A stretch of DNA of 64,000 bases from an uncultured Methanoregulaceae archaeon (GTDB taxonomy: Archaea; Halobacteriota; Methanomicrobia; Methanomicrobiales; Methanospirillaceae). Location: the NCBI GenBank assembly GCA_963701095.1, contig OY969564.1:2208001-2272000 (forward strand). The letters are read 5' to 3'. Both the position numbers and the translations under genes were made by a program. Shown piece by piece: positions 60,700-64,000 of this stretch. Positions within the stretch are counted from its first letter, which is position 1. Each line of letters begins with the position of its first letter. A model generated the notes under the pieces. It did no database searches. It saw nothing but the letters and a program-made list of their open reading frames with translations, and was not told the DNA's origin.

Positions 60700-61434
60700 T
60701 CATGCTGTAATTACATCGATTGATCTTTCGGTGTTCTTATTCCGTGCTGCTGCTTGCTCGATCCGGGCATAATTCCTCAGGATCCTGGTTAATGTATCGT
60801 GTAACTCTTGGTTCTTGGTGAGAAAGATAAACATAACGGTATTGTCGGCTATGATAAGGGGAGAAGATCCTGTCAGTCTCAAAACCTCGTCGAACTTCTT
60901 TTTCGGTTCATCCGGTGCAGGGGGTTTCCTTCTCTGATAGTGCTGGTATATCATGAGGATGGATTCGTTATCGAGGTGTTCATAAAATGTTTTTAGTTCT
61001 GAGAATGCGAGATGTTTTTCTGTGACATTCTTTTCCTTGATCCCCGTATCCGGATCAATAAATATCAATGATTCAATGGGAAAATTCTCGTAGATGCTCT
61101 GGAAATACTCATCGCGTTTCTGTTTTGAGAAGATCTCGTTTTTCTCGATGCGTATCCGGACTTTTTTTTTGTTGATATCATCTTTGAGTTCCTTTATGTA
61201 ACTTTTCAATTCATCATAATAGTGATCGACTTCTTCTGTTCTCCTGAGACGCCGGAAACAGGCTATCAGATCAGTATTTCGGCAACCGGGATTTCCTTTG
61301 AAATCTGGATCGTATTTTGTCAGCATGGGGACGATAACGATACGATCGATTCCACCCTTGAATCCCTTGATGATTGAAGTAATAAGATCATACTTGAACA
61401 GATCTTTAGTATCACCAAAATATTTCGCATTCAT
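60700..61434 (-). CDS. Hypothetical protein
   Basis: 244-aa ORF; motifs M...YFGD..D.FKY.L, FIDPD.GI, IYQH; AT-rich. Confidence 0.7.
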   Translation of the reverse strand: MNAKYFGDTKDLFKYDLITSIIKGFKGGIDRIVIVPMLTKYDPDFKGNPGCRNTDLIACFRRLRRTEEVDHYYDELKSYIKELKDDINKKKVRIRIEKNEIFSKQKRDEYFQSIYENFPIESLIFIDPDTGIKEKNVTEKHLAFSELKTFYEHLDNESILMIYQHYQRRKPPAPDEPKKKFDEVLRLTGSSPLIIADNTVMFIFLTKNQELHDTLTRILRNYARIEQAAARNKNTERSIDVITA

Positions 61435-61537
61435 TGTTCAATCCCTGTTGAGAATAGCAAGCGAGACAGTAAAAAAGTATGTTTTCAGGGATTTTTTGTT
61501 GATTTGAATACCCTGATTAGGTAATGTTAAAGAGATC

Positions 61538-61650
61538 TAATCTATATTGAATTACCTCCTATCCCGTCTGAATTAAAAATATATATAGCCTATTGTGATC
61601 ACTATATTGAAAAGCCTTAAATCTATATCAAAAACGCTAAAAATATATAG
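61538..61650 (+). promoter_or_regulatory. Array of (C/A)TATAT boxes upstream of pstS, candidate Pho-type operator/promoter
   Basis: Cores at 61542, 61581, 61602, 61623 and 61643; last four spaced 20-21 bp. Confidence 0.5.
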
Positions 61651-61789
61651 TCAAAGGTCGATATGGTGATTGGTGAATTGACATCTGTGGGGGATGAATG
61701 AACTTCACCAGCAAGAACTCCGTGGCAAATCCCTTAATACTACAAATTTTTCTACAAATCCCATCCACGAACACCAAAGGTGAAAAGTA

Positions 61790-62994
61790 ATGTACGCAAT
61801 GAAACGCATGAACAATGATATGGCAGTCTCACCGATTGTCGCGACGCTCGTCCTTATCGTCGTCGCCGTCATCGGTGCTGTTGCAGTCGGAACCATTATG
61901 GGTTCCTTCTCAACCCAGGTATCGAAGCAGGCAAACGCAGGGCAGGCATCGTCCGCATCCCAGACCGAGATTCTCGTTGCTGGTTCGACAACCCTCCAGC
62001 CCGTTGAAATCAACCTTGCATCAGACTATGCAAAGATCAACCCCGGTATCCAGGTTAACGTCCAGGGTGGATCATCAGGTGTCGGTGTAACCGCTGTTGC
62101 AACCGGTATCGCTGATATCGGTGCATCTTCAGCCGCATCCAAGATCACCGCAGGACAGGCAGCAAACCCGTCCAACCCCGGCTACCAGAACCTTTACGCA
62201 CAACTCATCGGCGGCCGTGCAGTTGCATGGATCACCAATGCCGCATCCCCGGCTGTCGCATCAGGCACAGTTAGCGCATCTGATCTCCAGCAGGCATACA
62301 GCACTGCCCTTGGATCAAACGGTACCCTTCCAGCTCATGGGCAAACAGCAGCAGCATTTCAGGAAATGCCATTATGGTTTCCCGTGCAGACTCATCTGGA
62401 ACTGAAGACGATGCAAGCACCTGGCTCTTTGGTGCAACCGGCAAGATCAACTCCTCATACACTATTGCAGAGACTGGCAACGAAGGTCTTCGTTATTATA
62501 TCGCTACGACGGCACACACACTCGGTTTCTGCGACGCAGGCTGGGCACTCACCAACCCGTCCGGTATCGAGATCCTCAACGTCACTGACTGGACCGCAGC
62601 AACAAGCCCAGACTCACTCTACACTCCAGAAGTAGCAACTGGCACAGTAGGAGAAACCTACGGTGCAGTCACCAAGACTGAAATGATGGATGCTCTTAAG
62701 GACTGGTATTTCGGCAGCGCACAGGACCACTCAGGCAGTGCAGTTGCAACCTCTGGCGTACACACTGGCCAGCAGATCGGTAACTACCCCCAGGGACTTG
62801 TCGGCGGTATGTACTGGATCACCCCAGCTACCGTCCCAACCGTCTTTACCGCCCGTGGAACCATCCAGACCCAGGGAAGCAGCGCAGCATCAAGCACAGT
62901 CAAGGACCTCATGAACTTCGCAGTGTCACCCGTAGAACAGCCAGCATTTGACAACGTCGGTGACTTACAGATTAACGAGTTCGCCTCGACATAA
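61790..62994 (+). CDS. pstS: PstS-like phosphate-binding protein with archaeal type IV pilin class III signal peptide; split by a -1 indel at about 62325-62340
   Basis: NDMA|VSPIVATLVLIVVAV; AGSTTLQP, VQGGSSG.G, ADIGASS; shifted frame SWAN...VSRADSSGT; directly upstream of pstC. Confidence 0.85.
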
Positions 62995-63003
62995 GACCAT
63001 ATA

Positions 63004-63019
63004 ATTTTTTTCTTTTTTT
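63004..63019 (+). terminator. T-rich tract after pstS, probable partial terminator
   Basis: Two T runs shortly after the pstS stop. Confidence 0.5.
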
Positions 63020-63038
63020 GACTGAGTGTAATTAAATA

Positions 63039-63956
63039 ATGAAAAGCAAATCAGAGATTCATAAAAATCTCTTCCTCTTCTGTGCCTTAGCCACTGTGGT
63101 CACAGTTTTTTCCGTCATTTTGTTTATTCTGATAAATGCAGCACCAGTATTTCTCCAGTACGGCTTTGGGTTCATCTTCGGAACCACATGGGACTACCCC
63201 ACTCACCAGTATGGTGCCTGGCCACTCATAACAGGGACATTATTACTGACTGCAGTGACGATGGTGATCTCGGTTCCTGTGGGCATTGCAACTGCGGTTT
63301 TCCTCTCTGAATGGGCGCCGCCGTGGCTCGACCGGTCCCTCTCCACGCTTATCGAACTTTTGGTAGGGATACCTTCGGTCGTTTTTGGTATACTCGGTTT
63401 TTTTGTATTCCGGGATTTTTTCCGGTATGGTATCAATCCGTTCATCGCAAACAATCTTGGTTTCATTTCATTCTTTCAAGCAGGTTCTACAGATGGTTTC
63501 GGTATCCCGATAGCATCGTTTGTCCTTAGCCTGATGATCCTTCCCACAATTATTGCTCTTTCGACAGAGGCGATGAGGAGTGTCCCGGCAGAGCAGCGTG
63601 AAGCATCAGCTGCTCTTGGCGCGACTGACTGGGAAACCATACGGGATCTCATCCTTCCCTCGGCAGTCCCCGGAATAACGACCGGCGTGATTTTGGGAAC
63701 GATGCGAGCAATGGGTGAGACTATGGCTGTGGTCATGCTCGCCGGAGGTGCGTATGGAGTTCCAACGTCCGTTCTTGATTCTGTCCTGCCACTGACTGCA
63801 AAAATCCTCATCGATCTTGAGAATTATATCGCCGAACCGGAACCAAGGAGCGCTCTTTTCGCTCTTGGCGTCCTACTTATGGCAGTGGAAATCGGTTTTG
63901 TTTTAGCTATTCATATCATTACCGACAAAATGAAGCGGCGGTATGGCGGTGCCTGA
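63039..63956 (+). CDS. pstC: Phosphate ABC transporter permease PstC
   Basis: YG.WPLI.GT, IELL.GIPSVVFG, MILP.I, REAS.ALGAT.WET, RAMGETMAV. Confidence 0.95.
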   Translation: MKSKSEIHKNLFLFCALATVVTVFSVILFILINAAPVFLQYGFGFIFGTTWDYPTHQYGAWPLITGTLLLTAVTMVISVPVGIATAVFLSEWAPPWLDRSLSTLIELLVGIPSVVFGILGFFVFRDFFRYGINPFIANNLGFISFFQAGSTDGFGIPIASFVLSLMILPTIIALSTEAMRSVPAEQREASAALGATDWETIRDLILPSAVPGITTGVILGTMRAMGETMAVVMLAGGAYGVPTSVLDSVLPLTAKILIDLENYIAEPEPRSALFALGVLLMAVEIGFVLAIHIITDKMKRRYGGA

Positions 63957-64000
63957 TGAAACGGCGTTATGTCAAAGGTCAGATCATCAAGATAATCTGC
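63956..64000 (+). CDS. pstA: Probable PstA N-terminus (3'-partial)
   Basis: TGATG overlap with pstC; MKRRYVKGQIIKIIC; identity inferred from position only. Confidence 0.55.
   Translation, partial: MKRRYVKGQIIKIIC

Noticed and set aside
60413..61434. Missing PPDK C-terminal domain hidden by a frameshift
   Set aside because: No long plus-strand ORF or PEP-utiliser barrel motifs; the region holds two coherent minus-strand genes
63930..63972. MKRRY encoded at both the pstC end and the pstA start
   Set aside because: Only five codons with synonymous differences; could be chance or a tiny old duplication, with no testable function
1..64000. CRISPR arrays, tRNA/rRNA genes, IS elements, integrases, proviral genes
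   Set aside because: No regularly spaced repeats, cloverleaf-like segments or transposase/integrase/capsid motifs were seen by eye; tRNAscan-SE and Infernal would be needed to exclude small RNAs

Overview
Archaeal chromosomal DNA, most likely a Methanomicrobiales methanogen (Methanoregula-like). This is inferred from the archaeal rps19e-rpl39e-rpl31e-eif6-rpl18a and pfdA-ftsY-srp54-trmY-pus10-rpl21e-rpoF-DUF655-rsmA clusters plus HisKA_2 sensor kinases. Positions 1-27.5 kb are mostly housekeeping genes, with accessory inserts at about 13.1-20.9 kb (sensor kinase, MFS exporter, bacterial-type Orn/Lys/Arg decarboxylase plus antiporter) and 27.5-32.6 kb (Fe-S, Rieske and molybdopterin redox genes, and a REC-PAS-PAS protein with a PH-like output). 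Positions 40-64 kb look like a phosphate-themed accessory region: AbrB-PhoU regulator, atypical ArsC/LMW-PTP, two type IV pilus platform genes (one fused to an Ig-like domain), KaiC-like ATPase, pilin-like protein, a large DUF47/PhoU-like protein paired with a PPDK lacking its pyruvate-binding domain, and a pstS(pilin signal)-pstC-pstA operon, with recurring AAATCTATAT-like upstream motifs. The best candidates for an undescribed system are the DUF47 plus half-PPDK pair and the pilin-signal PstS with the pilus platform genes. About nine single-base indels split otherwise intact genes and are probably assembly errors. I recognised no rRNA, tRNA, CRISPR array, integrase or IS element.
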